Counted from the stretch's first letter, positions 27,977 through 38,142 are shown. The stretch is 54,160 nt of DNA from Candidatus Kaiserbacteria bacterium (GCA_016217935.1 JACRFJ010000021.1:1-54160); one strand, 5' to 3'. The notes: generated by a model not told the origin, from the sequence alone. A program made the numbers and translations.

Positions 27977-28831
27977 CTATTCAGCTGCCAGGCGTCCGCC
28001 GACCGGCGAGAAGTGGGTTTCGACTTGATCGGCTGCTTCACCGAACAGTTCGAGTCCCCTTTCGACGAGCAGGTGGATCGCGTCGGGCGCTCCGCTTTCG
28101 TCGTAGGCGCGGCCGAAATCCAATACGATGTCAGCGTGGGACGGTCCGTCCACGTGGGGAACCATATGGACGATCATCCAATACGGTTTTCCGCGCTGCT
28201 CGGGCCTACGGCACTCGACGAAGAGCTTGCCGTAATGCGGGTTGTAAGCCAGCTGGTTTCCGAGCTCTTCCGCCATGAACTCGGTCGCGGCGAGCGACCC
28301 GGCGAAGAATTCGAGCATATTCTCGGAACGCGCCGCGTCGATGAGTCTGGCGACGCCGGGCACGATCTCGGACTGCACGAGAACATCTCGAGAAAGTCCG
28401 AGCGCCATGGCGTCGTGGACCCAATGGTGCCAGTGGGTCCGCTCTTCCTGCTGCATATGCATGAGTTCACGCTCCGCCGCATCGAAGATCGCGTCAAGCT
28501 CGCTCTGCTGGAGGAGCTTCAGCGTCCTCGCCTGGTTGACGATGATCTGCATCGTGCCGCGGCGCGTGAACTTGTCGTAGAGAGGCTGACGCTTCAGGCC
28601 GTGCGAACCGGCACGCTGATCGATCGCGGCCTGGAAGTCCGCTACGTAGGCGTAGAACCCTCGGTGCAGCGCAGTCGCCGCGTGCAGGTCGCCCTGCTTG
28701 CAGCGATTGATGAGCGACGATCGCGCAACGACGTCGCGCGCCTTCTTACGGAGACGCTCATAATCGAAGTAGTTCTCATTGTCCGTATGAAAAAGCTGCT
28801 GGCCCTGAGGAGCCGCTTGCCCTGCCGTCAT
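27977..28831 (-). CDS. Heme-oxygenase-like diiron oxidase superfamily protein (CADD/PqqC/TenA fold)
   Basis: Helical-looking sequence with metal-ligand motifs in the expected order: EERTH, SLAATE and WMIVH.....D..SH. SD AGGGAG precedes ATG 28831. Confidence 0.7.
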   Translation of the reverse strand: MTAGQAAPQGQQLFHTDNENYFDYERLRKKARDVVARSSLINRCKQGDLHAATALHRGFYAYVADFQAAIDQRAGSHGLKRQPLYDKFTRRGTMQIIVNQARTLKLLQQSELDAIFDAAERELMHMQQEERTHWHHWVHDAMALGLSRDVLVQSEIVPGVARLIDAARSENMLEFFAGSLAATEFMAEELGNQLAYNPHYGKLFVECRRPEQRGKPYWMIVHMVPHVDGPSHADIVLDFGRAYDESGAPDAIHLLVERGLELFGEAADQVETHFSPVGGRLAAE

Positions 28832-28938
28832 GACTAATCTCCCTGGTTGACGGCTCTTGCTCAAAGAGCCTATCTATCTATAAATCTAGCACGAGGATAC
28901 ACTTTTCCACAGTGTCAAGAGCTTCTGTGGGGATAAGG

Positions 28939-29430
28939 CTAGGAGCGGACGAAGGCAAGAGCCAGGTAGGCTCCAAGAAACCACCAGAGCCGATATGACT
29001 CAGCAAAGATGCTCTGTATTGATGGTCCGAATTGCCAGAGAACAGAGAGCGCAGGTGTTTCCACCCAGACATCTATTACCACGGTCATAGTCGCAACCCC
29101 GGTGAGAATCGCGAGTGGGAAAGAGGGATTGAGATCACCGTAAGCGCTCGTCATGCGATGTACCAAACCGATCAAAAGGACTGCCGTACCGATGAAAAGT
29201 CCGGTTTGCAGTGCGCTTTCTGATGTCGGATCGCTTAGTGTACCGACGAAGACGCTTCCGATCATGAGTGCCGAAGCGAATTGTGTAAGCGGAAGGCCGA
29301 TCGCGATCGATATCGGCAGATTCACTCCCATCCGCGCCGCATATATCGCGCAAACCAGCACGAATCCAACGATCACAATCAGATCGACAGAAACACTCGT
29401 GAAGAAGCTCGTCACAGCATCGAGATTCAT
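28939..29430 (-). CDS. Hypothetical membrane protein
   Basis: 163 aa with about five hydrophobic segments. TAAAAT lies 7 nt before the ATG. Confidence 0.75.
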   Translation of the reverse strand: MNLDAVTSFFTSVSVDLIVIVGFVLVCAIYAARMGVNLPISIAIGLPLTQFASALMIGSVFVGTLSDPTSESALQTGLFIGTAVLLIGLVHRMTSAYGDLNPSFPLAILTGVATMTVVIDVWVETPALSVLWQFGPSIQSIFAESYRLWWFLGAYLALAFVRS

Positions 29431-29443
29431 CTTGTGAATTTTA

Positions 29444-29478
29444 CTACAGACTGCGAGCTACGTTCTACAAACTGTTTA
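29444..29478. repeat. Degenerate 7-nt tandem repeat
   Basis: ctacaga ctgcgag ctacgtt ctacaaa ctgttta. Confidence 0.6.
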
Positions 29479-30543
29479 CAATCCTTCTTTACGCAGCTTA
29501 TTTACCAGATCACGCGCATCTTCTGAGAGTTTTTTGGGAAATTCAATGTCAACACGAACGAGCAGATCTCCCCTACTCTTCCCATGCGGGACGCCTTTGC
29601 TACGAACGCGCAATACCTCTCCGTGCGTGACTCCAGCGGGAATATCAATCGTATGATCACCATCGAGAGTTGCAATCGTATATGTCGCACCCAAAAGCGC
29701 ATCAGTGAGCTTGATTGGTAAGCCGGTGACGAGATTATTACCCTCTCTTGAAAATGCGCGGTCCTGTTTTACATGTAATTTCACATAGAGGTCACCAGCA
29801 GATCCACCGAGTGCAGCTTCGCCTCTTCCTGGCATGCGAATCATTTCACCGTCAGAGACACCTGCAGGCACAACTATATGGATCTCTTCTTCGCGTTTCG
29901 TGATGCCGGCTCCATGGCAGGTGTCACATGGTGTCTCTGGGATCTGTCCGCGTCCTAAGCATCGAGGACACTGGCGGGAGGACGTAAAGCTGCCGAAAAA
30001 TGTATTGCGTGACTCGCGTATCTCTCCCTTGCCATTGCAGATCGTACAAGCGGCGAGCTTCGTGCCGGGTTTTGCGCCCGCTCCATTGCACGTCGTGCAG
30101 ATCGTCATTTTCGAAATGAGCACGCGTCGCTCAGCGCCAAATATCGATTCGCGAAACGATAATTCAATATCAATCGAGATATCGCGACCTCGTGCTGCGC
30201 GGGAACGAGCACCTCCACCGAAAAATTCGCCAAATATGTCACCGAGATCAAATTCGACCTGTTGCCCGTTCTGCCCAAATCCTTCGAATCCTTGGAAATT
30301 CGAGAAATCGAATCCCCCAAATCCCTGGCCGCCTCCAGCGAATGTCCTGCCGTACGTATCATACTCGGCCCGTTTCTTCTTGTCGGAAAGCACGGCATAG
30401 GCTTCACTCACCTCCTTGAATTTCGCTTCATCACCCCCTTTTTTGTCCGGGTGGTATTTTTGCGCGAGTTTGCGAAATGCGCCCTTGATCTCGTCTTCGC
30501 TTGCTCCCTTTTGGACGCCTAGTATCTGGTAGTAATCCTTCAT
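29476..30543 (-). CDS. dnaJ: Chaperone DnaJ
   Basis: J-domain with HPD, a G/F-rich region and four CxxCxGxG repeats. Confidence 0.97.
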   Translation of the reverse strand: MKDYYQILGVQKGASEDEIKGAFRKLAQKYHPDKKGGDEAKFKEVSEAYAVLSDKKKRAEYDTYGRTFAGGGQGFGGFDFSNFQGFEGFGQNGQQVEFDLGDIFGEFFGGGARSRAARGRDISIDIELSFRESIFGAERRVLISKMTICTTCNGAGAKPGTKLAACTICNGKGEIRESRNTFFGSFTSSRQCPRCLGRGQIPETPCDTCHGAGITKREEEIHIVVPAGVSDGEMIRMPGRGEAALGGSAGDLYVKLHVKQDRAFSREGNNLVTGLPIKLTDALLGATYTIATLDGDHTIDIPAGVTHGEVLRVRSKGVPHGKSRGDLLVRVDIEFPKKLSEDARDLVNKLRKEGL

Positions 30544-30580
30544 AGAGTGACATTATAGTGATATAGAACAAAAAGAAAAG

Positions 30581-31429
30581 CTAACTCAGATATTTTTCTA
30601 TAAACAGATCGTGCCTGTATTTTTGTAGTTTCAGCCATTTACTCATCCCTGCAGCGAGCCATATGGCACGAAAGAACTCAAAATGTGGATATGCGATCGT
30701 GAACCCCTTGTAGCCAGCATTACCAAGAATCTCATCGCAGTGCGCGAAATAACGGCTTATCTGATCTGGTTTGAATACATAACGTTCAAAATATTCATAT
30801 TCGCGTGAAGACGGAAACCATTCCTGTATCGTGATTGCGCATGCTGCGTCATAGCCCAGCGGTCCAGATGCGACATCTTCAAAATCGATGACACCGGTGG
30901 GATACATGTTTGCCGGGTTTAAATCGCCATGTGTAACAACGAATGGAAATCCACTCACGGCACGTACGTGTTCTCGGAAGAGCCGATCGATTCTTTCGGA
31001 GTACTGAGGTAGCTCGCTCTGAAGTTGGTTGAGCTGAACTAGATCTGCGAATGTCGTAGCGTGAGTGATGCGCTTCTCGGAACGTATTTGTGCCGCAAGA
31101 AAGTGTGAAATGACGTTGAGGAAAGCAGAGAAATTACTTTCCGATACCGCTCCATTTTTTTGGGTGTCGTTCTCGAACAACTCCAGTAGACGTTTTTCTC
31201 CGAGCGAGCGCTCGATAAAGTATGCTTCCTCTCTTTCTGCACCTTCGGTTACGATTTGCGGTACCGGGAAGCCGTGTTTTTCTAAATGACGATGCGTCTC
31301 GAGGAGCGTATGTATCATCCGAGCGGGGCCAATACGCACATAGCGAGAACTAGCCCGATATACGCTACTTCCATTCCGTTGACGCGTGACAAAAGTGTAT
31401 TCAGTGCCGCCTATCGTTCGGGTTTGCAT
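30581..31429 (-). CDS. Aminoglycoside/choline-kinase family phosphotransferase
   Basis: GFPVPQI, Brenner motif THGDLNPAN, IDFE, GPLGYD. Confidence 0.85.
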   Translation of the reverse strand: MQTRTIGGTEYTFVTRQRNGSSVYRASSRYVRIGPARMIHTLLETHRHLEKHGFPVPQIVTEGAEREEAYFIERSLGEKRLLELFENDTQKNGAVSESNFSAFLNVISHFLAAQIRSEKRITHATTFADLVQLNQLQSELPQYSERIDRLFREHVRAVSGFPFVVTHGDLNPANMYPTGVIDFEDVASGPLGYDAACAITIQEWFPSSREYEYFERYVFKPDQISRYFAHCDEILGNAGYKGFTIAYPHFEFFRAIWLAAGMSKWLKLQKYRHDLFIEKYLS

Positions 31430-31446
31430 GCGGTCATCCTACCGCA

Positions 31447-33303
31447 TTATTTGTTTTCGGGATTCTCTGGGGGTTTTTGATCTTGCGGAGGCTGCTGACT
31501 TTGCTCGCCCTGCATTGCTTGTCCGATTGCGCCCATGGCACTCGAGAGCGCTTCCGTGCCCGATTTGATTGCCGCCGAGTCGGCGCCACCACGAACAACT
31601 TTCAATGTATCGATTTTCTCCCGTACGTTTTTCCTTACATCCTCGTTCACCTTGTCGCCATGCTCCTTGAGCGCTTTCTCTGCAGCATAGAGCACCTGAT
31701 CGGCGATATTCTGTGCCTCGACGAGCTCTTTCTTTTGTTTGTCAGTCGCTTCATTCATCTCCGCATCTTTGCGCATTTTCTCAATATCTGCTTCTGCAAG
31801 GCCGGAGCTCGCTTCGATTCGAATAGACTGTTCTTTGCCCGATGTCTTGTCTTTTGCCTTCACGGAGAGAATGCCGTTGGCATCGATATCAAAGCTGACT
31901 TCGATTTGTGGCATGCCACGCGGTGCCGGAGGAATACCATCGAGGTTGAATCGTCCAAGCGTCTTGTTGTCTGCGGCCATTGATCGCTCACCCTGAACGA
32001 CGTGGATCTCCACCGACGGCTGCTTGTCTGATGCGGTAGAAAACGTCTGCGAGCGAGATGTTGGGATCGTTGTGTTTCGTTCAATGAGCTTCGTGGCGAC
32101 ACCGCCGAGGGTTTCGATTCCGAGTGAGAGCGGAATGACATCGAGAAGAAGAACGTCCCTTACATCCCCCTGCAAAATGCCACCTTGGATCGCTGCTCCC
32201 ATAGCGACAACTTCATCGGGGTTCACGCCCATATGCGGTTTCTTACCGAAGAATTCTTCAACTGACTTCTGCATTGCGGGCATGCGAGTTTGCCCGCCGA
32301 CAAGCACAATCTCGTTGATGTCTCCTACCTTGAATGGCGAAGCTTCCATCGCCCGTTTGGTAATCGCCATCGCGCGATCGACAAACTCGCGCGAGAGCTC
32401 CTCGAGCTTTGCGCGAGATATCTTGATGAGGAGGTGCTGCGGGCCCGCGTCCGTAGAAGTGATGAATGGGATGTTGATCTCCGTTTCAAGGGCTGTCGAG
32501 AGCTCAATTTTTGCCTTTTCTGCAGCTTCATCGAGACGCTGACGGGCAAGCGGATCCTTGCGAACGTCGATGCCGCTCTCTCTCTGGAATTCTGCGGCAA
32601 GCCAGTCGATAATTTTCTGATCGATATCTTTTCCGCCGAGATGCGCGTCGCCATCAGTCGAGCGCACCTCGATTACGTCGTCGCCGACTTCGAGTACTGA
32701 TATGTCGAACGTGCCCCCGCCAAAATCAAAAACCGCGATTTTCTCATTCTTTTTCTTATTAAAGCCGTACGCGAGCGCAGCGGCGGTTGGTTCGTTTATG
32801 ATGCGCTTTACCTCGAGGCCCGCGATTTTTCCTGCATCTTTCGTGGCCTGCCTCTGCGCGTCGTTGAAGTATGCAGGTACCGTAATGACTGCCTCAGTTA
32901 TAGTTTCCCCTAATCGGGCTTCGGCGTCCTGTTTTAACTTCTGCAGAATCATCGCCGAGATTTCCTCGGGGCGGTACCATTTGTCTCCCATTTTCACTTC
33001 TATACCGCCGTTTTCCGATTTTTGAGTTTCGAACGGTACAGCCGCGCGGTCCTTTGCGACGTTTGCTTCATCGAAGCTATGTCCTATGAATCGTTTAATC
33101 TGGTAGACGGTATTTTTGGGGTTGGTGACACCCTGACGGCGCGCGAGGAGTCCGACGAGACGTTCCCCTGTTTTCGATATCGCAACAACTGAAGGCGTCG
33201 TTCGTGCCCCCTCGGCGTTCTCAATGATTTCGGGTTCACCGCCCTTGACGATCGCCATTGCCGAGTTTGTCGTTCCCAGATCGATACCTAGAATTTTTGT
33301 CAT
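31447..33303 (-). CDS. dnaK: Chaperone DnaK (Hsp70)
   Basis: [43 protein letters not shown]. Confidence 0.99.
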   Translation of the reverse strand: MTKILGIDLGTTNSAMAIVKGGEPEIIENAEGARTTPSVVAISKTGERLVGLLARRQGVTNPKNTVYQIKRFIGHSFDEANVAKDRAAVPFETQKSENGGIEVKMGDKWYRPEEISAMILQKLKQDAEARLGETITEAVITVPAYFNDAQRQATKDAGKIAGLEVKRIINEPTAAALAYGFNKKKNEKIAVFDFGGGTFDISVLEVGDDVIEVRSTDGDAHLGGKDIDQKIIDWLAAEFQRESGIDVRKDPLARQRLDEAAEKAKIELSTALETEINIPFITSTDAGPQHLLIKISRAKLEELSREFVDRAMAITKRAMEASPFKVGDINEIVLVGGQTRMPAMQKSVEEFFGKKPHMGVNPDEVVAMGAAIQGGILQGDVRDVLLLDVIPLSLGIETLGGVATKLIERNTTIPTSRSQTFSTASDKQPSVEIHVVQGERSMAADNKTLGRFNLDGIPPAPRGMPQIEVSFDIDANGILSVKAKDKTSGKEQSIRIEASSGLAEADIEKMRKDAEMNEATDKQKKELVEAQNIADQVLYAAEKALKEHGDKVNEDVRKNVREKIDTLKVVRGGADSAAIKSGTEALSSAMGAIGQAMQGEQSQQPPQDQKPPENPENK

Positions 33304-33368
33304 ACAGAGTTTGAATACAAAGTTGCTAAGAGATTATTTTATACATCATTATTAATTTCTTTTCAAAT

Positions 33369-33932
33369 CTACCCGGCAACAATAACTTGCGCGGGACGCA
33401 GCACTCTTTCTTTTGTTCGGTATCCTGACCGCAGCACTCGAACGATCATATCGTGCCCTTCCCCCATGTCGCTGCTCTCTTCAACTGCCTCGTGCAGTGC
33501 ATGATCGAATGTATCTCCGGCCCGTCCGTAGCGCTCAATCCCGTGCTGTCGCAGGGCTTCGATGAGCTGGTCTCTTACTCGCTCCATGCCACTTCGCCAA
33601 CCGTCTGAAACGGATGCCCAGCTCTCGGCACTCGCTGCCATATCAAAGCTGTCGAGCGCTGGAATAATGTCGTGCACGAGCGCCTCGCGAAGGAGCTCTG
33701 CTTCGCGCTTCGCACGCGATTCGAGATCCTTCCGCAGATTCACAGAATCGGCTTTGCACCTCTGCCATCCGTCGAGATACTCTTGTCTCTCTCCCCGCAC
33801 ACTCTCAAGTTCTTCTCGAAGTTTCTGCATCTTTGCTTTCAACGATACAGTCGAACCGAGCTCCTCTTCGGGTTCAAAATCGACATCTTCGAGCTCCTCT
33901 TTCGGAGCTTTTTTGTCTTCATGCTCCGGCAT
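33369..33932 (-). CDS. grpE: Nucleotide exchange factor GrpE
   Basis: QRCKADSVNLRK, IPALDSF, FDHALHEAV, GY....VLRPAQV. Start set at ATG 33932. Confidence 0.93.
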   Translation of the reverse strand: MPEHEDKKAPKEELEDVDFEPEEELGSTVSLKAKMQKLREELESVRGERQEYLDGWQRCKADSVNLRKDLESRAKREAELLREALVHDIIPALDSFDMAASAESWASVSDGWRSGMERVRDQLIEALRQHGIERYGRAGDTFDHALHEAVEESSDMGEGHDMIVRVLRSGYRTKERVLRPAQVIVAG

Positions 33933-34073
33933 AGCGGAGCGAGTATAGCATAATTGCTGTACGCAAAAAAGGAGCTCGCAACGTGCGCGGGCATGCTCGT
34001 TGAACTTCGGCCTGAGGTAGGCGAACAACTCTCGATCTTCCAGCGTACTGAAAACGTCGTGAAAAAACAACGA

Positions 34074-34466
34074 CTAACGTTTCGACCACTGCGGCGCGCG
34101 GCGCGCGCCCTTGAGACCAAATTTCTTGCGTTCTTTTGCACGCGGATCACGTTTGAGAAATCCGCGCACTTTCAAATCTTTGCGCTGTTCGGGAACGATC
34201 TCCGTCATCGCGCGCGAGATTCCGTGGCGAACAGCCTCCGCCTGGGCTTTCAATCCACCGCCCGAGACTTTGGCCGAGACAGCATACGCGACGTCGAGTG
34301 TTTGCATTGGAGCAAAAGCCGTTTTGACCATCTGTTGAAGCGGAAAGTATTCCGCCGCGTCTTTACCGTTCACCACGATAGAGGCGCTTTTTGCTGCAGT
34401 CAGGCGCACACGCGCCGTTGCGGTTTTTCTGCGTCCTACTGCTTCGGTGTATCGAGTTGTTGCCAT
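34074..34466 (-). CDS. rpsI: 30S ribosomal protein S9
   Basis: GRRKTATARV, GGG..AQAEA, RDPR.KERKKFGLKGARRAPQWSKR. Confidence 0.98.
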   Translation of the reverse strand: MATTRYTEAVGRRKTATARVRLTAAKSASIVVNGKDAAEYFPLQQMVKTAFAPMQTLDVAYAVSAKVSGGGLKAQAEAVRHGISRAMTEIVPEQRKDLKVRGFLKRDPRAKERKKFGLKGARRAPQWSKR

Positions 34467-34469
34467 ATT

Positions 34470-34817
34470 TTATAGAGTGACGGTTAGCTTCTTCATGCGA
34501 GCGGTATGCATCGTATTTCGAGGAAGCATACGCGAAACGGCTCGGCGCAGTGCCTCACCCGGCTTGCGAGCATCGAGCGACGCAAGCGACTCGCGTTTCA
34601 ATCCACCCGGATACCCGGAGTATGTCGTGTAAATTTTCTGAATTCGCTTTCGTTCGCGGCGATGCATTTTGGAAGCATTCGTAACAGTGACACTCACTTC
34701 GGATCGCTTGTTCGGCGTGTAGTCTGCTGAGGATTTACCCATAAGCGCTTTTGCCGCCTCAGACGCGACTCGTCCGAGTGACCTTCCCGCAGCGTCGATA
34801 GTAAAAGTCTTCGCCAT
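34470..34817 (-). CDS. rplM: 50S ribosomal protein L13 (short form)
   Basis: IDAAGRSLGRVAS..AKALMGK, YSGYPGGL, RMLP. Start set at ATG 34817. Confidence 0.95.
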   Translation of the reverse strand: MAKTFTIDAAGRSLGRVASEAAKALMGKSSADYTPNKRSEVSVTVTNASKMHRRERKRIQKIYTTYSGYPGGLKRESLASLDARKPGEALRRAVSRMLPRNTMHTARMKKLTVTL

Positions 34818-34821
34818 ACGG

Positions 34822-35175
34822 TTATTTGACAAATTCGATGCGCGCCATTTCACCAACACGCTTACCGACGCGACCCATGCGAACGATTCTCGTATAGCCG
34901 CCCGCTCTCTTCGCATACCTGTCCGCAATGACACCATGCAACTTCCGCACGGCATCCTTCGACGAGAGACGTCGCATCACGATCCGGCGCGAAGCGAGCG
35001 TATTCTCTTTAGAAATCGTAACGAGTCGTTCGACATAAGGACGGAGCTCTTTTGCCTTTGCGATCGTCGTTGTGATTCCCTCTTGCAACACGAGCGAGCG
35101 AGCGAGTGCGCGCATGAGGCCAACCCGCTGTTTTCGTGAACGTCCAAGTGTGCGTTTGCTTACATGATGTCTCAT
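34822..35175 (-). CDS. rplQ: 50S ribosomal protein L17
   Basis: MRH....LGR, ITTT.AKAKELR, RAGGYTRI. Confidence 0.97.
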   Translation of the reverse strand: MRHHVSKRTLGRSRKQRVGLMRALARSLVLQEGITTTIAKAKELRPYVERLVTISKENTLASRRIVMRRLSSKDAVRKLHGVIADRYAKRAGGYTRIVRMGRVGKRVGEMARIEFVK

Positions 35176-35208
35176 ACAATAGTTCGTTCGGAGCGGAGGT
35201 ATACAGAA

Positions 35209-36183
35209 TTATTGCGATCGAAGTGTGAGACCGAGATTTGAGAGGGCACGCTTGATGTCTTGGAGACCCTTCTGGCCGAGTCCTTCGATTGCAAGGAGGT
35301 CATCCTCTCGTTTGCGGACAAGCCCGCCGACAGTGCGGATTGACGCGTTATCAAGCGCAAGCTCAACGCGCTGCGGCAAATGAAGTTCAGTGATTCGCGT
35401 CTTCAAAACTTCCGCATCCATCGGTTGCGACTTTTCCGGCATTCCCATGCGGATATCTGACATATCTGCAAGCGGTGCTTCCTGAACCTCTTCTTCTTTA
35501 AACCCGACGACGGCTTTTAGCTGGTGAATCATCGTTGTGATCGCGCGCTCAAGTGCTTCACGGGGAGCGAGCGTACCGTCTGTTTCGATCAAGATACGCA
35601 AGCGATTGAAATCTGTCCTGTCGCCAACACGCATGTTTTCAACTTCGTAATTCGCACGGCGTATCGGACTGAAAATTGCATCGAGTGCGATCGTACCGAT
35701 TTCGACACGCTCCTTTTGATGAACCTCTTTCGGGATGTACCCCAGACCGCGCTCTGCCCGAATCTCGATATCCACGGTTGCTTTACCGGTTACATCCGCG
35801 ATGTGTTGCTCGGGATTGAGCACCTCAACCTGACCGGGGAGGCTCAGGTCGCCCGCCGTGACCGTTTTGGGACCCTTCGCACTCAGCATAATTGTCTGTG
35901 GCTCGTCGGTAGAGAGCTTGAAGCGAATCTTCCGGATATTGAGGAGGATCGTAACGACGTCTTCTTTTACGCCTTCGATTGTTGAGAATTCATGGGACAC
36001 GCCTGGAATCTTTACGTGCGTGACCGCAGCGCCGGGGAGCGATGAGAGGATGATGCGACGGAGACTGTTTCCGAGTGTGTATCCGTACCCCGGATAGAGA
36101 CCGTCGATTTCATACGTGCCGCTGCGCTCGGACTCAGAAACAACGCGGGGCTTTGATGGCAGAGCGATGTGATAATCAGACAT
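35209..36183 (-). CDS. rpoA: RNA polymerase subunit alpha
   Basis: GYGYTLGNSLRRIILSSLPG, HEFSTIEGVKED, DAIFSPI, and an alpha-CTD. Confidence 0.98.
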   Translation of the reverse strand: MSDYHIALPSKPRVVSESERSGTYEIDGLYPGYGYTLGNSLRRIILSSLPGAAVTHVKIPGVSHEFSTIEGVKEDVVTILLNIRKIRFKLSTDEPQTIMLSAKGPKTVTAGDLSLPGQVEVLNPEQHIADVTGKATVDIEIRAERGLGYIPKEVHQKERVEIGTIALDAIFSPIRRANYEVENMRVGDRTDFNRLRILIETDGTLAPREALERAITTMIHQLKAVVGFKEEEVQEAPLADMSDIRMGMPEKSQPMDAEVLKTRITELHLPQRVELALDNASIRTVGGLVRKREDDLLAIEGLGQKGLQDIKRALSNLGLTLRSQ

Positions 36184-36285
36184 ATTGATGGACCTGGTGG
36201 TAGTTATGACTGTTCCAAACTTGATAAAATAAACCTACGCAACGCGAAAGGATGCAATAGAGTACAAAACGCCGGGCATTATACT

Positions 36286-36885
36286 CTATCTGCTATAAAA
36301 CTCAAACACCGTCGGATAATCGAGGCCGGTTTCCGCCGAGCTAAACTCAGGCTCACCTGTTATTTCCACCTTGAGTAGGTTGAAATCGACAGAAAGCCAC
36401 CGCGGTGCTGCGCGCCGCTCCTCCGCCTCAGCAAGTGAAGCAAAGAGCATGTTTTTTCGGCTTCCTTCGCGAATGGAGATCGTGTCACCTACTTTTACTC
36501 GCAGTGAGGGAATGGTTGTGCGGCGTCCGTTTATCGTGATGTGACCATGTGAGACCATTTGACGCGCGGCTCGCCGGGTCGAGGCGATGCCCGCTCGATA
36601 CATCACACTATCCACCCGCATCTCAAGAGCTCTGTGAAGCTCGCTTGATGGGTCTGCTTCTGCGAACGCCTTTTCCGCATAATTGGAGAGCTGCCTTTCC
36701 GTTATGCCGTATGTGTACCGCACACGCTGTTTTTCGATCAGCTGTCGACCATAGTCCGAACCGCCGCGTCCACGTATCTTTTTCGATCGGGCTTCAGAGA
36801 GAGCGAATTTCTGAGTCTGCAGCTGCTCGAATACGCTCGGGCCGAGACGCTTTCCGATTTTGTACTTTGATCTTACGGGCAACAT
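36286..36885 (-). CDS. rpsD: 30S ribosomal protein S4
   Basis: SDYGRQLIEKQRVR..YG, ARQMVSHGH, VFEFYSR. Confidence 0.97.
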   Translation of the reverse strand: MLPVRSKYKIGKRLGPSVFEQLQTQKFALSEARSKKIRGRGGSDYGRQLIEKQRVRYTYGITERQLSNYAEKAFAEADPSSELHRALEMRVDSVMYRAGIASTRRAARQMVSHGHITINGRRTTIPSLRVKVGDTISIREGSRKNMLFASLAEAEERRAAPRWLSVDFNLLKVEITGEPEFSSAETGLDYPTVFEFYSR

Positions 36886-36896
36886 ATACGTATTGG

Positions 36897-37331
36897 TTAG
36901 ACCCTGCGCGGCTTCGGTGCACGCGGGCCATTGTGGGGAACTGGTGTATCGTCGGCTATGCGAGTGATTTCTATGCCCTTGCCTGCAAAAGCGCGGAGAG
37001 CAGATTCACGACCTGCACCGACTCCACGAATGACCACGTCGGCTTCCTTGATGCCGATGATGTTTGCTTTATCCCCCACGAGCTCTCCGACTTTCGCCGC
37101 AGCAAAAGGCGTCCCTTTCTTTGCTCCGGAAAAGCCGAGACTTCCCGACGATGACCAGGCAACCGCATTCCCCGCTTTGTCGGCGAGAAGAACCTTGGTG
37201 TTGTTGTAGGTCGCATGAATATAGAGTGTCGCTTCGACGATATTTCTCTTGGCAACACGAGCGAGCGAGCGAGATTTCATTCCCGCATCTACCGTGCCTC
37301 CCGATTTTCGAATGATTCGTTTCTTTCCCAT
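36897..37331 (-). CDS. rpsK: 30S ribosomal protein S11
   Basis: ATYNNT, GFSGAKKGTPFAA, TPVPHNG.R.PKPRRV. Confidence 0.98.
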   Translation of the reverse strand: MGKKRIIRKSGGTVDAGMKSRSLARVAKRNIVEATLYIHATYNNTKVLLADKAGNAVAWSSSGSLGFSGAKKGTPFAAAKVGELVGDKANIIGIKEADVVIRGVGAGRESALRAFAGKGIEITRIADDTPVPHNGPRAPKPRRV

Positions 37332-37336
37332 ATCTA

Positions 37337-37717
37337 TTATGTCTTCTCCAGCTTGCGTCGTCCGCTCGTCATCGTCTTCCTTACATTGCCGCGAATGGTT
37401 CGAGAATTGGTCTTCGTACGCTGCCCACGGGTCGGAAGCTTCTTGGTGTGGCGCACACCGCGGTACGCTTTGATATCCTTCAAGCGTCGGACATTCGAGC
37501 TGATCTGTCTTCGAAGCTCGCCTTCAATTGCAAATTTCTCGATTATTTCCCGGAGTGAGTTTTCCTCTTTTGTAGTGAGGTCTTTCGGACGCTTCCCGAA
37601 GTCGATACCCAGACCCTCTAAGGTCGATTGTGCACGCGGGCGTCCGACCCCATAAATAGAAGTCAGACCGATTTCAAGTCGTTTTTCTTCTGGAATGGTG
37701 ATGCCTGCGATACGCAT
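37337..37717 (-). CDS. rpsM: 30S ribosomal protein S13
   Basis: MRIAGI, LTSIYGVG, YRGVRH...LPTRGQRTKTNSRT. Confidence 0.98.
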   Translation of the reverse strand: MRIAGITIPEEKRLEIGLTSIYGVGRPRAQSTLEGLGIDFGKRPKDLTTKEENSLREIIEKFAIEGELRRQISSNVRRLKDIKAYRGVRHTKKLPTRGQRTKTNSRTIRGNVRKTMTSGRRKLEKT

Positions 37718-37719
37718 AA

Positions 37720-37833
37720 TTATCCTTGTCGTTGTTTATGTCGCGGATTTGTGCAAATAACCCACACGCGCCCACGGCGTTTTACGGTGCGGCAATGCAC
37801 ACAAATCTTTTTAACTGATGCTTTTACTTTCAT
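37720..37833 (-). CDS. rpmJ: 50S ribosomal protein L36 (zinc-ribbon form; not in the ORF track)
   Basis: Manual translation [37 protein letters not shown], located between infA and rpsM. Confidence 0.97.
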   Translation of the reverse strand: MKVKASVKKICVHCRTVKRRGRVWVICTNPRHKQRQG

Positions 37834-37890
37834 GTATGCGTAATTTTCATCCAGAGCTCAAATGGAGTGCTCCGTTTTGCTTCTCTCTGC

Positions 37891-38097
37891 TTACACTCGA
37901 CGAGTTATACGAGCTCTGCCCCCGTACGGATCGAGCTGCAGTTGCACTCGATCACCGACGAGCACTTTTATTCGATGCAGACGCATTTTTCCAGCAAGGT
38001 ACGCAAGAACGACCTCGCCACTTTCCAGTTTGACGCGAAAGAGCGTGTTGGGGAGCGCCTCATCGACGACTCCCTCTTTCATCTCTGCGTCAACCAT
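37891..38097 (-). CDS. infA: Translation initiation factor IF-1
   Basis: EGVVDEALPNTLFRV, LAGKMRLHRIKVLVGDRV...DPY. Confidence 0.97.
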   Translation of the reverse strand: MVDAEMKEGVVDEALPNTLFRVKLESGEVVLAYLAGKMRLHRIKVLVGDRVQLQLDPYGGRARITRRV

Positions 38098-38142
38098 ATC
38101 TGCTGGGCGATAGTAACTTTTTTTAGACCTGTGGTCAAGTAC

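Noticed and set aside
28013-28837. 274-aa plus-strand ORF
   Set aside because: It is an antisense shadow of the GC-rich diiron enzyme gene, which has the SD, motifs and terminator.
28900-28940. Replication origin
   Set aside because: There are only two imperfect DnaA-like boxes in a short spacer, with no dnaA/dnaN nearby.
33304-33368. CIRCE element upstream of dnaK
   Set aside because: Only a TTAGCA half-like site is present, with no TTAGCACTC-N9-GAGTGCTAA.
33950-34070. Possible SRP RNA or hrcA remnant between rpsI and grpE
   Set aside because: There is no SRP helix-8 motif and no HrcA-like peptide, only weak hairpins and a T tract.
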